63,519 nt of DNA, filler included, from Pelomyxa schiedti (GCA_020536535.1; 11 parts of 11 records of this genome joined end to end with filler, not necessarily neighbours in it), one strand, 5' to 3'. Shown: positions 23,578 through 37,463, counted from the first letter of the whole stretch. Program-made: numbers and translations. Notes: generated from the letters alone by a model not told the origin.

Positions 23578-23958
23578 TCAGAGCAGACTGAGGACTGCAA
23601 CCAAGAGGGGTTGTTGTTCCATTGCTGCCGCGACTCGCTCTTTATCGTTGAGCTGCTTGGTGAGGGGGTGCTGGCAGTGCTTCTTGTACTGCGGCCACAA
23701 ATCATCATGATGATTATGGGAATTAGGAGTTGGTGTTGTGACTTGTTGTGCTTGGCATGTGCTACTACTAGTAGCAGTAGTAGTACCATAGGACGTGCAA
23801 GAGAGCACTAGTTGTTTATCAGGTGGATTGTTGCTGGTGTTAGTGTTGTTGTTTTCGGCGTTTTTGTTGAGGGAGGGAGGAGGGAATACAATGAGGTCAA
23901 CTTTGTGAGTGAGAGGGAGGATGAGGTCTTGGTCCAGGCGGGTTCTGATGCACAGTCC
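23578..23958 (-). CDS. 3' fragment of a hypothetical protein
   Basis: Open frame from the spacer to TGA at 23578 (GLCIRTRLDQDLILP...LLVAVLSLL*). Confidence 0.4.
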   Translation of the reverse strand, partial: GLCIRTRLDQDLILPLTHKVDLIVFPPPSLNKNAENNNTNTSNNPPDKQLVLSCTSYGTTTATSSSTCQAQQVTTPTPNSHNHHDDLWPQYKKHCQHPLTKQLNDKERVAAAMEQQPLLVAVLSLL

Positions 23959-24142
23959 NNNNNNNNNNNNNNNNNNNNNNNNNNNNNNNNNNNNNNNNNN
24001 NNTTAATTAATTAANNNNNNNNNNNNNNNNNNNNNNNNNNNNNNNNNNNNNNNNNNNNACGTTCCAACAGAATCATTCATTTAATTAAAACACAAAATTA
24101 ACGCCTTTTGTTTTTGCTTTGGGATACCAAGGGATATTGTAT

Positions 24143-24961
24143 TCACAGGATGTTGCAGCCTCCCTTCTTCCTCTTGGTGGGGAACACAACCATCTTAATA
24201 GCTTCATCAAAGATGCTCTTGAGACCTACAGGGGCATTAGTTGGTAAATCGAAGCTTGTCCAGTGAGGATGCACTGAGAGTTGTTCCTGTATAAAAGAGC
24301 GTAGTGTTACCTTTCTGGGTGAGAGCGGAGCACTCCATGTAACAGTGTGCCTTTATCTCCTTGGCAAGTTGCTCGCCTTGCTGGAATGTAATCGGGGACT
24401 GGTTGCGCTCACGAAGGCGTTCGAGGGCCTCTCGATCATCTGGGTATTTGTTAGTGATTTGCAAGTGGTGAGTAGGAGCATACCCCTCAAATCAAGCTTG
24501 GTTCCTACGAGAAGAAGTTGGCTTGCGGGGCAGTGGTGAGTAACTTCGGGCCACCACTTTGTTTTCACGTTTTGGAAAGATGTGGGGCTGATGATAGAGA
24601 AGCAGATCATAAATACATCGGTTTGAGGATAAGACAGAGGGCGGAGCCTGTCATAGTCCTCCTGGCCGGCAGTATCCCACACTTCACATAGTTAGAGAAG
24701 AGTTAGAACATATTTGAGCGTACATCCAAGTGTAACAGTCTTGTTGTCAACCATGACGTTAGCGCTGTAATTATCAAACACAGTAGGGACGTATTCCATC
24801 GGGAACGAGTTGGCCGTATACGATATCAACAGACATGTCTTTTTGGCACTCAGCAACAAAGAAAAAAAAGGGGGAGAAATAAAGAAAGAGAGATCTGCGG
24901 TACGCACTTTTCCAACGGCACCATCACCAACCACGACAAGCTTTATTGACGCAACTGCCAT
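24143..24961 (-). CDS. rac: Rac-type Rho GTPase, 5 exons
   Basis: [13 protein letters not shown]|[18 protein letters not shown]|[39 protein letters not shown]|[10 protein letters not shown]; polybasic CAAX end [10 protein letters not shown]. Confidence 0.97.
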
Positions 24962-25426
24962 CTTGAATCTTTCTTACCGCACGCGCCGCGTTACGTTTGC
25001 TTGTGCCGAGGTTTTTTTTTTGTTTTTATTTTGGAAAGAAATAGGATGTTTTTTCTTCCCTCTTTTAATACATCCAACGGAGATTATTCAGTTAACGCGC
25101 GTTCAAAATAGAAACTAAGCGTGAAATTTGATTCCCGTTCACGAGAACGAGCAATCTGGCCGAGAGTTGGCCAACGTATTGATCCCAAGGACATTGGACT
25201 GTACACAACACCAAGAGAACACCGAGGGTGTAGATAGTAAGAGATTTCGACTTGCAGCCTCGCACAGTCGCCTACAGAGAAAATCTTGTTGACCTTTGGC
25301 CAGATTCAGATTGACATCAACGTGGGGGAACGCAAGGAAGAACGGCACTGTATTTGGACCACAGGAATGATTTTGTTCAAAAACATTTTTTATTTATTCA
25401 TGGGCTCTTGTTTTAGAGTTTGAGGT

Positions 25427-28400
25427 CTATAGTGCTCTGTTGGCTTTTTGTTTGAGTGTAACTTTTTCCCCGAGTGAGAGAGCAATGCCTTGTGTCTTCG
25501 ATCGTATTCTGATGAACCCGCCGATTTTCCCGTTCTCGTTTTCAATGCTTACATTACAGAGGGCATCCTCACCTGTAAAATTGGTAAGAAAGAAAACACC
25601 AGCAAATGCGGGGCATACCAAATACACTCTTGGCATACAAATTAGCTGATAAAAATCCACAGTCTCCAGCTAAGGCCGACTTGGGGGTGATGCAGTTCAT
25701 ATTTGTTGATTGCACAATAAATTGGAGGAACTCGTATATGTCGCTAAAAGCGAGTCAGAAATAGTATGTAGGAAAGTGTAACATACGTGATGTTAGTGTT
25801 GACTACAATTTTGTTTTCCCATTCAAACTCGGCCCACATCTGACGGAACTTTATGTCGGTGCATGTTGCAGGCGAAATGTAGTCCAAAACATCAATTCGG
25901 ATCTCGTTTAACACCACACAGTTTCGATCGGGTGCATTTGCAGTTACACTTTGCCCAGCGACTTCATAGGTCAAGTTTCCGAATATAATGCCCGTTTCTG
26001 TGGATGACACCTAATGCTAGATTGGTCCCCTTTAGTGGTCATGGATTGATTCAACCTTGATGTTCGATTTCATCCTCGAGGCAGCTCCAGGTGGTATGGT
26101 AAGAAGTTGAGGGTGGTCACAGAGTTTAAGATCACCCACAGTTGAAAGTTCCAGAGTCACATTTTGCACCGTATTGCTAGTTTGATTGATAATCAGCACG
26201 TCTATTTTGAGTATGAGATGCAGAGCAGAAAAGAAAGTACAACCTAACACAATATCATACTGGTGAACAATAACAGTGGCTTCGGCGTACAACGGGTCAC
26301 TGTACCCTGTGAGTGGAACAATTCTGCTGAGTTTGGTGCTTTCATCGATCTGTTGAAGGCCGGTGATTTTTTCAAGGTCCTCGGCTGTGGTGATGTAAGG
26401 TTTTATTGAGGAACAGATGAGAGACTTTCTGTGTCTGTAGGTGCCGAGGGCGTTTTGCTGGTCAACAAGCCGAATTTAATTTGGTCATCTGCCTGTATGT
26501 TAACCTCCACCTGCTGAGTGAGCTGTGAGAGGGACGAGGGACGAATGAGAAAACGGGAAAACCTTGGCCTTTTGAGCTTCTAGTTTGGAACTTCGTTTAT
26601 CCAGAAGGGCAGCAGAAAAGGCCTTTCGGCCTTCCTGAAGTAAGGCTGTCCTACAACATTTTAAGTTCGCAATATAAATTTGATGGATACTGTGCAGCTT
26701 CATTTCTCTCAGCAAGAATGCGCAAACAAAGAGTGATTCTTTCCGCAGAGTCGTTGTCAATTTGTCTAGGCACAAGACTGCTGGTTCCCAGTTGCAACAA
26801 CTGAACAAGGAAAAGCATGACCTGTTTTGAAGTGTTACAATGAAAATGCAGAAAAACACATGATATACCTCTGCAGAAAACTTATTTTTGGTAATTGGCT
26901 CAATTGGTTGACCATTTGCTTTGATGACCAATTTAGTGAGTGTTGATGCCACAATGGTAGCCAAGAAGTGGTCCCCCTCATGNNNNNNNNNNNNNNNNNN
27001 NNNNNNNNNNNNNNNNNNNNNNNNNNNNNNNNNNNNNNNNNNNNNNNNNNNNNNNNNNNNNNNNNNNNNNNNNNNNNNNNNNACAGCAGACGTAGAGGAA
27101 CTGGCAGACTCCCCAAGGAAATCCATCAGAAGGTGCACAACTGTGCAGGCTACATCGGGGAACTTAACAGCACACTGATGTATTGTTTGAACAACCATTT
27201 GTCTATATTCTGACCCCTGCATTCTACGTAAGCTTCGTCAAACATTAAGTTTGTTTACCTTATCGAAGGACAGGTCTTGTGTCTTGTTCAATTCTTTTTT
27301 TAGGACAAGGATGATTTCATCTATATTTTTTGGTGATACAAGATCCAGTACAATATCAAGAGTTTTTCTGCGGATATCCATTGTGGGGCTGTTTCATGAG
27401 GTTAAAGGGTAAACAGAGAGGACAAATAACAAAAGATCACCTGGAAAGCACGCGCAGTAAATCCATAACTTGTTCTTGCATGACACTGCCGTGCTTTCTT
27501 TTGACATCGTTGAGCCTATCCAAAATTACCAACTTCACATTGTTATCACTTTCCTAAAGAGTGTTGACCGAAAAATGGAAATTCCAGTAACAAACAGTGC
27601 AAAGAAGGTCAATGTAGGTGGATGTAGCCGCTTTGATTGAAGTTGGAACAGAAGTGAGTAGAATTAGTGTTGATGCAGCATCAAATCTCACTGCCGCCGA
27701 GGTAGAGCTGAGAAGGGTATATATGCATTTGACATATTTTGGCTGTAGGAGGTAAGTTAAAATTAACAGTTTAAGACAGAAATAACCTTGTCAGCAGGGT
27801 TTCGGCCGCTTGCCTTTCTTATTATCTCAACTACCACAGTTTGTAAAACTTCACCAAATGACGGAACCTACAGTAAATTAGAAATGGTGTCACTCTACTT
27901 AATCACCTGGTCAATAATTGTTCCTAAATAGGAGAAAGCAGTTTCAGCAGAACAATGGTACAACATCAAAAGGGCATTTCGCCGGCATGAAGCATCACCT
28001 TCCTTCAAACAGTGAATTGATGAAAGCCATTAAGCCTTTTTTGTATGTACCGTTGCAAGGAAATTCAACATCAATTCAGGGGCATTAGGAATAAGATGTG
28101 GAGTATTTTTGAAGACGGAATGAAGTGCTTGCACAGCATTGCGTCTTACATAGGCATGTCGGTTATCAAGATTTTTCAGAAGACTCGGTATAAGAGCCTC
28201 AAGCAGCTTAATAGAAAGGTCATTTAAAGTGTTGCAAGTAAAAACACTACCTCAGGTTCCTTTAGTTTTGATAGAAGCCTGAAAGTGGAACCTCTGACAT
28301 ATTCACTGGCGTGATTCAAGTCTCCCAATAGTGAGTTGCTAGTGGCGAGGTGTTAATTAATTTGGAAAAGAGGAATACAAGAATTACCAAGCCAAGATCA

Positions 28401-28833
28401 TTTCGGGTTTCAATTTGCCAGTGGTGGGGTCGTTCTTTTCAAACACCTCCCAGTAAACCAAAAGTAATTTCTTCATCGTATGGTCCTGCACGGGAACAGC
28501 ACAACGCAAAACAGGCATCAAAAGTTGTGAGAGTTTCTCTCCTTGCAGCATACAGGTGATGATCTGAAACAACGGTAAAAGACCCACCAGAAACAACAGG
28601 GGAAAAAAAAAAGTAATGCAGTACTGAAACGGATTCGTGTCCACTAATATGCGCGGTATTATAACTTAACAAAATCTTTATAAAGAGTGATACGTCTACA
28701 ACACGGTTTTCATCGCGGCGATCTTCTTGGGAGTATCGCCCCGCTCGAGGGCCTTGCGTAAATCATCGACTTTGGTCTCCGACACGACCTTATCGTCGTT
28801 TATGATCAAATAGCACGGCGCCTCGACACTCAT
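25427..28833 (-). CDS. COPB1: Coatomer subunit beta (beta-COP), multi-exon, internal N gap
   Basis: Motifs [106 protein letters not shown]. Confidence 0.97.
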
Positions 28834-29160
28834 CCCTGTGTTTGTTTTCTTTTCTTCTTTCCTTCTTTTATTTGTTCCTTTAATTGTTTCTTTTTTCGTT
28901 TGTTCTTGTCACCTATGGGAGATCCTCAGAGAATCGAGAGATGAGAAATTGCACGGCACCCACTCATCCACGACTCTTGAGTTCCATCCTGGAGATCTCG
29001 TATGGTGCGTACCGAGACTCTGAGATTGAAAGTGGGCTGCTTTCTTTGAAATCCTCGTCGAAGAAAATCGAAGTGATGCAGAAAAAAAAAAAAAGAAAAA
29101 AAAAAACGCTTCCTCCTAACAAACAACAAAGAGAAATAATAATAAAAAAGGTGGTGGGTG

Positions 29161-30420
29161 ATGGGGCACAACAACAGTAAGAAGTATGCGTCCAAGACGA
29201 CAGCGCCCCCAAAGACCAGCGTGTCGTCATCGTCGTATTCTTCTTCCTCGTACTCCTCTTCGTCTTCGTCGTATTCGTCGGATTCCACTTCGTCGGCGTC
29301 GTCCCCATACACGCCGGCTAAAACGTATGGAGACACGTCGTCTTCATCGCGGCCTTCGGAGCCAGTAACGCCTCCTCCGGCACCAAAGTACGAGGCCATT
29401 CTATGGGGTTTTTTCTTTTTTTTTTTTTTTGCATTTGAGTATTCACATGGGCTAACTTTTTCTATGTGTGTACTTTTTACACTTCATTTCACTTTTGGTA
29501 CCAAGGAAGACGGTATGACACTTTTCACTTGCTACTGTGCCTGCACCTGACACTTTTTCCAGGATGGGTTTAACCCTGAGAGTCTCGAAGAGATGTTTAA
29601 ACGATTCGAAAGTATTACGTTATACTAATATTCACCGCAAATTCACCCTTCTTTTATCAGCACCCCCTGGAGAAGGTAAAATAGGCCCAGATGGAGTGGA
29701 ACAACTATGCAATGAACTTGGTGTAAATCCAGAAGATGTAAATTTTGCATTTTATATAATGACTGTTAACCTAGATAGATCAGTGTTTTGGTTCTGGCCT
29801 GGCACCTTAATGCCCAAGAAATGGGCTTCTTCTCCCGAGAAGAGTTTATTGGTGGACTAGAAAAGCTTAAGTAATTTTTCTTCCGTCCTCTTCACTTTTG
29901 TGACACACCATAGAACCGATAATATATCAAAACTCAAAGCACAAATGAAAGTATTCCGAGAGGAAATCAATGACTTCACAAAATTTAGAGAGGTATATAG
30001 GTTCGCGTTTTTTTTCGCCAAAGAGAAGGAATCTAAAATTCTCGGTTCGTGCATCCCTCTCACTTACTCCTGAACTTATCTTTAGCTTAGATATCGGAGC
30101 AGCTGATCCAATGCTGAAATTGCTAACTGAGGGGCGCTATCCTTTCACACCCACATTCCGGGAATTTTTGCAGGTATTTTTTTTTAACCATTACCACTTC
30201 TTAATTGTTTTAGGCCACTGGTAAAAGAAGTATGAACCTTGACCAGTGGACTAACTTCTTGGAATTTTCTCGTTCAGTCAAAAAAGATTTTGCAGGCTAC
30301 GATGAAACAAGCGCTTGTGCGTTCAATTTAATTTTATTTTATCTTTGACATTTTCCAGGGCCGGTTCTTTTGGATGAGTATGTGGAGTGGGCAAAGGAGA
30401 AAGGTGTCTCCATTGTGTAA
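29161..30420 (+). CDS. DCN1-like protein (DCUN1D/PONY domain) with a Ser-rich N-terminus
   Basis: KIGPDGVEQLCNELGVNPED, VLVLAWHLNAQEMGFFSREEF, FREVYRFAFFFAKE, MNLDQWTNFLEFS, YDETSA|WPVLLDEYVEW. Confidence 0.92.
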
Positions 30421-30549
30421 AACCTGTATAAAAATATTTACTTTAAAACAATTAGCCGTTCTCTTGCAATTATTTGAAAGAAGTCCTAACATTTTATCCA
30501 CAGCATTGTTTTTGGAATAATTTGTACATATGGTACTAAATTCTGTGGA

Positions 30550-31352
30550 GTTAACCATCAGGAATTTTGCACTTCCAGTTTTAGACCACGTAAAACCTGT
30601 GACAGTTCCTCACAGTGGGTCTAAATTTTGTAGTCAGCCTAGAAAAAAGTCTTCTTGTAGTACCTTTAGAAGTGTATCTGATGCTACAAAATTAAAGTTC
30701 GACCCACATTTGTCACTGAAAAAAGTCAAAACCTTTTGGGTTGTGGTCAGGTATGGCAAAAACAGGAAACGGGATTGGGAAACTACATGAGTTCCTTCCA
30801 TAAGCCAGGCATATGTGAACATGTAGGTTTTTCCCTGTAAATGCACAACAGCGACAGAGTCTTCACTGCCACTCACACTCTGTCCTAGTGAATATATTGG
30901 TGTTTGCATTTATGATGTGGGATTGGGAATGTGGGGGGTGCTATGTGTATTTGTAGGAACCAAATGTTTTTGTTGCTTCACACAATTGAGCAACTTGAGC
31001 TGCAAATTCTTCTGCTTTTGTTATCTCTTTTTCTAACTTGCGTACAACAAGACTGATAACAACACATGAACATGAGGGAATAAATAAAATACATGGTAAC
31101 AGGGGAAACTCACGGTATTTCCCCATCAGGGCCAAAAATTCTGTTGTTGGGTTTTTAGTTTCGTCTTTGTGTTGTTCGGTTCTGATGTAAAAAAAAACCT
31201 TATTTCGCGTGTGCCAGGGTGGATGGCGGCAATTTGTGTCAGTTTTTTTGTGATTGCCTTGAACACTTTGTGCGACACCACGGGGTTCGTCCTTGAGCAC
31301 ATTATTAAATGTGTCTGTTCCTTTTTTCCAGCCAATCTGATGCTGGCTGAGA
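30550..31352 (-). CDS. 3' part of a multi-exon hypothetical protein (ends approximate)
   Basis: Exon-like open segments (IGWKKGTDTFNNVLKDEPRG; KLEKEITKAEEFAAQVAQL; VAVVHLQGKTYMFTYAW) bounded by GT/AG. Truncated by the N gap. Confidence 0.4.
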
Positions 31353-31452
31353 NNNNNNNNNNNNNNNNNNNNNNNNNNNNNNNNNNNNNNNNNNNNNNNN
31401 NNNNNNNNNNNNNNNNNNNNNNNNNNNNNNNNNNNNNNNNNNNNNNNNNNNN

Positions 31453-34400
31453 GTGACATAGAACCTTCTATTATAGAATAACTCTAAACTCCAACTTCCT
31501 CACCTTCCATAGATGTTCAAGTGCTTACTGCTGCAAACACTAGTTTGTCAAATGAACTGAGGCGAGTGCAACCACAATCGCCATCCAAATCAATGGCTAC
31601 TCTTGGCAAGAGTTTGTTATCGAGGACAACTAGTGACCCTGCATTGGTGTCTCTGGCTCATGAAAAAGAGGAGCTGCAAAGGAAATTGACTCTGGCAAAA
31701 GAGGAATATGACACTCAGGTGCACATTCCACCACATCCTTCTCCTTTTGATCTCCAATGTCTGTACAGCAAGAAGCTCTTCGTTCTAATCTGAAGAGCCT
31801 TTGTGACACCAATACCTCTCTAGAAGAGGAAATATTACGTCTAAAAAAAGCCCTCCAGCAACAATGTACCCCATTTTCATTTATTCCAATAGAGTAATGG
31901 CGTTCAGCTCCTGCAAGCCCACATGAGAGAACGACTTCAACAACAACAGCTGATTTGAAGACTAAGTTAACTCAATTACGTGGATCTATACAGTGAGCAC
32001 CCAGCCTTGAGAACCCAAAATCCGTTTGATCTTCAAATAGGGGACCAGTGCCTGATGGCTCTCACCCTCTCGCCACTGATTCCACAACGGAAACGCCTTT
32101 GCAACCACACACTCTTCTTGATCAGATAACTGCATTGACAGGTATATTCTATTTCCCTAGTAATTCCTCACTGGCTCCTTTCAGAAACTCTCTCAAACTC
32201 GTCTGAAACAGTTTGCAATGATGGATATGTGATGACCCTTAAGGAAGAGATAACCGAACTGAAAAACAAAGTTTGGAATATCCTGTAGAATTGTGTCACT
32301 AATTCTAATTTAGGTTAATTCTCTGCAATCAGAGATGAAAGCAGTGGAGATTGCACACTGCAAATCTATCGAGCAAATGACACAACAGCTTTCTATTTCT
32401 GATGTATAGAAAACCGCAATAGGCTTTTTAATTTTACCAACCACAAGGATAAAATTAAAGTGAAAAATGCTGCCCTAGAATCCCTTTCCCGAGATTCACA
32501 ACAACAAGTTGAAAAAACCTTTTTTCTTTATGGTTTCATGAATTTTAGATATCCACACTGACAGCCAAAAATGAAGAACTTACCAAACAACTTGCCGCAA
32601 TGAACGTAATTCCCATTTAAGTTTTGTTTTTGTTTTATGGACATTTTTCCAAGAGAGATTTGGAGGAATCCAACACAACCCAAGCCACTTTGACCTCGAA
32701 AAATGTGTATGCCCTACATCTCCTTTCTTTGTCTTTTTTTCCCCCTAAAGTCCTTGACAGTACTCGAGGTTTGGAGATTGATAAACTTCGTGAAGCGGTT
32801 CAAAATGAGCATGACTTGGTGGTCCAGTACGAAAAATCTCTCTCTCACACTCAAGAGCAATTTGACCGCGAAAGGTTGTGTGACCTTCCACACTGACAAT
32901 CTTAAATGAAATCCCAAAGAGCTGGCTTGCTTAAAGTGAATGACGACACCACAGCCAAAAACCTGGCACTAAAACAAGCAAATGACACGTTGACTTCCTC
33001 TACACAACAGCAACGACTTCATATTGTTGAATTGGAGGAAACCACGTCACTCCAAGTAAGAAGTAATCTTTCATTGTGTTTCCTGAAATGCTTTAGGCAA
33101 ATCAAATAAGCTCCTTCCGAGAAATAAGTGCTAAGCTTCAAAGTGAAGTTGAAGAGAATAAAAAAGTTTTACTTACCTTCTCTGATCAACTTACTGCTGA
33201 GAGAGAAACTGTCAAACTGAAGGAGTCTGAAATTTCACACCTAAAGGAAGATATCCTTCAACTTCAGCAGCATGTTAGCCGCGCTGCAGGTAGTTTTGTG
33301 CACCACTCCCTCTTCCCTCTCAATCCAATTCAGACAAGACCCAACGCCTCGAAGAAGACTTATCAAACACTCAAAAGCAATTTAAAAAGTTACAAGATAC
33401 TTGTGACTCTCTACGGACACAACTAACAACCTCCCGTAAAGAAGTAGAAGCCAAGGTTAAGTGCCAACCACCTCTACTTGCATCCCTTATTTTCTCCCAA
33501 GGAAAAAACCATTGAGGAGCTCAAATGTTCCGTCGACACCAAAACAAAGGACTGTGACATCTTTCGTGCAGCAATACATGACTTCGAAGCGAGAGAAACC
33601 GCATTACAGCAAAAAATACTCGCTCTTTCAGAGCTGGGAGATATGAACGGCCAAATGGCATGTGTTTCGTAGGAAAAGAATTATTGTAACAGCCTATATC
33701 AGCGTCAGCAAGTGCGTTCAATGGCTGAAAAACATGTAGAACTAGAATCCAAAATTGTAGAATTGAATAACACCATAGCCGAAATAAAAATCAACAATGA
33801 AGTTCAAAGCAAGAATGACAAGCAACTTGTATGACTCCCAATATCACATTACCTCATAGACTTTGCTTAGATCAAGGAACTAAAAGAGGAATTACAGAAA
33901 CTTCGGCAACTTTCTCAAAGAGGTTATTACTTTTCCACCCTAGCTTGGTATTGATACATCCCAGGCCCCATATCAGCATCTGCAGGTCTGCCAACTGCGT
34001 TGGTCCTTCCTCCATCTATTGTCATGCCTGAACTACCTTCGAACCAATCTCCAATCCAATCTCCAGTTCAATCTGTGATGTCCTCTCAATAGCCTCCCTA
34101 GTCTTATGCATTTTAGAGGAGTCTTCCTTTTCACTCTTCGAAGGAGTTGCAAGCGGAACTTGAAGTTCTTGCCACTCGAATCGGGATAATGCAAGAAGAG
34201 AAAACAGAGATGGAGATTAAGGCATGAACAATAGTGCGTCCAGCGTAACCTCCTCCCAGGTCAAACTGAAAGATTTGGAAATTGGGAACTTGAAAGAGCA
34301 ACTAGCAACCTGGAAAGATGATTTCATCCAAACATATGTATCTACCCACAAAGTTGGTGAGCGGTCCACTGCCGCAATGGATTTGGACAAACTTCATCGA

Positions 34401-35180
34401 GCAAAAAAGGTTGATCTTATGTATGGATAGTCATAACCAAAAAAAAAAAAGGCTGGGTTTATGGGAATGTTGTTTCAAGGAAAGTTGCCGCCGATAGGCC
34501 ATGCAGCCCAGCTCTCAGAAGAGATGGTTACAAAAATGCAAGCAGTTTTGGAAGAAACCATTCTGCGCAACTTCCAATTGCGTAAGTGTCCCTTAATTTT
34601 TTTTTTTAAATACTTAGTCTGCACAGAGCGTGATCTCGTGACACTTGGGAATCAGGTTTCCACTCTTATGGAAGAAAACATTGAGTTGAAGCAAACCACG
34701 TCTTCTAGTGCCTCACAGCCCCTTCTCTCAATACCGGAAGTCACACCCAATGTAGCATTAGACCACACGCAGTCAACATCACAAACCGATCCCGGAACTG
34801 ACATCAATTCGAAATCACAAGAACCGTCACCAACAACCAACACCAACACTAACGACAACAGCACAGCACCCACTTCAACAGAATCAAAGGAGGTCTCAGA
34901 AACAATTCCCATAGTTCCCTCTCAGACCGATTCAGTATCTACTGCAGCGGCACCATCAATAACCTCCAACACCACAACACCCTCAACTGCTACTGAAATA
35001 ACTCCCACAGTTCCTATAACAGCAAAAACTGAACCTGTTCCTCTAGAAACAGAAACGCCAACCCAATCAACAGACACACAACAAAACACTCAAGTGACTG
35101 AATCCCCAGCACCAGAAAACACCACCGAACCTGTCTCTGTTGCACCAACAAATACTACCACCAGTGACAACTCTAGTTGA
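31453..35180 (+). CDS. Long coiled-coil protein with a Thr/Ser/Pro-rich C-terminal tail, many short introns; 5' end in gap
   Basis: About 15 GT-AG introns join heptad-rich exons into one frame. A conserved-looking helix EEMVTKMQAVLEETILRNFQL..DLVTLGNQVSTL precedes the tail. Confidence 0.8.
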
Positions 35181-35204
35181 CGAAAAAAGGGGAAAATAAA
35201 CTGT

Positions 35205-37151
35205 CTAGAAGAATAAATAGAAGTCCATTATTAGTGCCCGATTCCACGTTGAATTTTTGTTCCACTCACTATCACACCCAAAGGGAGGATGCTTACATAA
35301 AAGGAATGTCCATGGGGAACAACAATTTCCGGGACTCTGATTTCTCCCTTGGTTGTTGCTGGGCCTGTGTATCTGTCCCCTGGACAACAGTTCCATCGAA
35401 TACGGGATGTAGCTGGGTCAAACTCAAGCCGGAATTTGAGTGTGTGTCCACATTCAAACATTTCTTCAGGCAGGAGTTCTGCCCCGTTCTGTAAGATGGA
35501 AATGGAAGTTCTTCTGAGAACACATTTGATAGCATTAATGCTGACAGCTGTTGGGAGAAATTAATTCGGAATTATATAAAGAAGCTGTACCTGGTGCTCT
35601 CACCAAGCAGATGATTACTCGTGACCAAGGGTACATAAATGTACCGGCGGAGAAAGCAACGCATTTGCTTTGCTGCAATTCCCACATCGGTGAAATAATA
35701 CCAGGGCAATACAGGGCATCTAAATTACCCTGACTCGAGAGGCCAAGAACTGTTGACTTGAAACTTTCAATGCCTTTATAGAAGTAATTAGTCAAAAAAG
35801 GAAACTGTTTGGGTGCTATTTTACCTCCCGCTGATGGATAAAAGTGAAGGCCAGATAAACTCGCATAGGAAGAGGAAAATCCCACAGCTTGTACCCCGTC
35901 AGCTCGCGATGTCCGAACTTGGAGGAAAGACATATCCCCCAAACGGAGACTTCGGCCAACAGAGATATAGCCCTTCTTTACTCTAACCCAGACCCACTTG
36001 GAGTTATTGTCCCCCCGAGTGTGATACCTGTGATTAGCTTTATTTAAAATGATATTTGCATACGCACACAAAACATCACAGAATGAGTGGAGCGTGCCTA
36101 TAAAGAAACAAGAAGTTACCAGATTGATGCGAGAGGTGATTGTCTTGAATGAGTAGAACCCAGAAGCTTATCGGCATACTTAATACCTAGTTGTCATAAG
36201 ATTTGGCAAAAAAACTTTAGGGTAACTTGTTCCCGACTGGGAAAACTCAATGGCAATCGAATCAAGTACAGAAATAATCAGATGCAACGTCAAAGAGCTC
36301 TCAGCCTCAGGGACAAACATAAGAGCACCTCTGCCTAACATAATTGCACAGTGAGTGAAAACATGAAATGAGATCTTACAAACCAGAAGTTCTGAACTCC
36401 CAGCCCGAGCATGTAAGAAATGCAGGGGACGAAACCAGATGCAATCTATTTGATAAAGACCGATCGGAAGTATAATACTTCACTAACCAAGCCCTAGGAG
36501 AGCCAATTCCAAACCACTGCAGCGAGGATGATGAAGCACTTCCTGCAAAAGGTTTCAAAAAAAAAAAAAGTATGTGAGTTCTAACAGGGGGGGAAAAAAA
36601 AAAAAGAGGATAAAAGCATCTTCCCACTCACCACTGAAAAAGGTTGTGAAGTGATTCTTAGCCTCCAAAATAGAAGGCCTCGACGATTCCCCAAGGCAGC
36701 CCGATTCCGCGAAGCCGAGCAGACCCCATCTCATTGCATACAGCACAAGCCACACATCATAATCCTCGTCATCCGCCCTCCCCAATCTCACACACCCAGT
36801 GGAATTATCAAAGGCCCCACTAACGGCTGAAGAAGCCGCAGAAGCTGCTCTTGATGATTTCTCTGCCCAGCTGCCCCCCACTTGTCCCATAACGGCGTCG
36901 TCGGCCTGATTCTCGCCTTCATCAAAATCATCCGAGAAAGGGTCCGAGGACAGAGACGTCGGCGCTTTTGGTGCCGTCGACACTGACGACGACGACGAAG
37001 AAGACGAGGAGGACAAGGCGGATGGTGACGTCATGAGAGAGCGACGAAGGGACCAAGAGGCGCAACATAGGGACTCGACGTCGGCGGCACGAACGCCGTG
37101 GGCCAGCACGAGCTCAGGCAGAAGTGAGGCGAGGGAGTGTGCCAAATACAT
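35205..37151 (-). CDS. Multi-exon hypothetical protein (3' end approximate)
   Basis: GC-rich ATG-started first exon (36555-37151) followed by exon-like ORFs at 36376-36627, 35535-36071 and 35293-35535. No family recognised. Confidence 0.45.
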
Positions 37152-37463
37152 AGTGGATGTGCCAGTTACAAAAAGATTGTGGGTTGTTGTGTCGTAGTCG
37201 GTCGCCTTCGGTTTTGCTGTGCTCGATGCGAACTACAACAGAAAACCTGCGAGTGTCACCGTTCGCAAAAACACACACCAAACCCAACTTGGAGTGTGTG
37301 AGATATTCGGGTTAGAAACTACCAGGAAGACACCAATGAGAACCGCAGGCACCAAAAAGAACACAGTTCCATTGTGGGATCGTACGAACAGCAACCATCA
37401 CAAAAAAAAAGGCCTTGATTTTTAATTTCCGGATCTAATAAACACTGGGGTGTGCGGCGCTCG

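Noticed and set aside
31866-31907. Apparent in-frame TAA suggesting TAA/TAG reassignment (similar cases near 3050, 7745 and 10745)
   Set aside because: Each disappears with an ordinary short GT-AG intron, and TAA, TAG and TGA all terminate conserved genes here.
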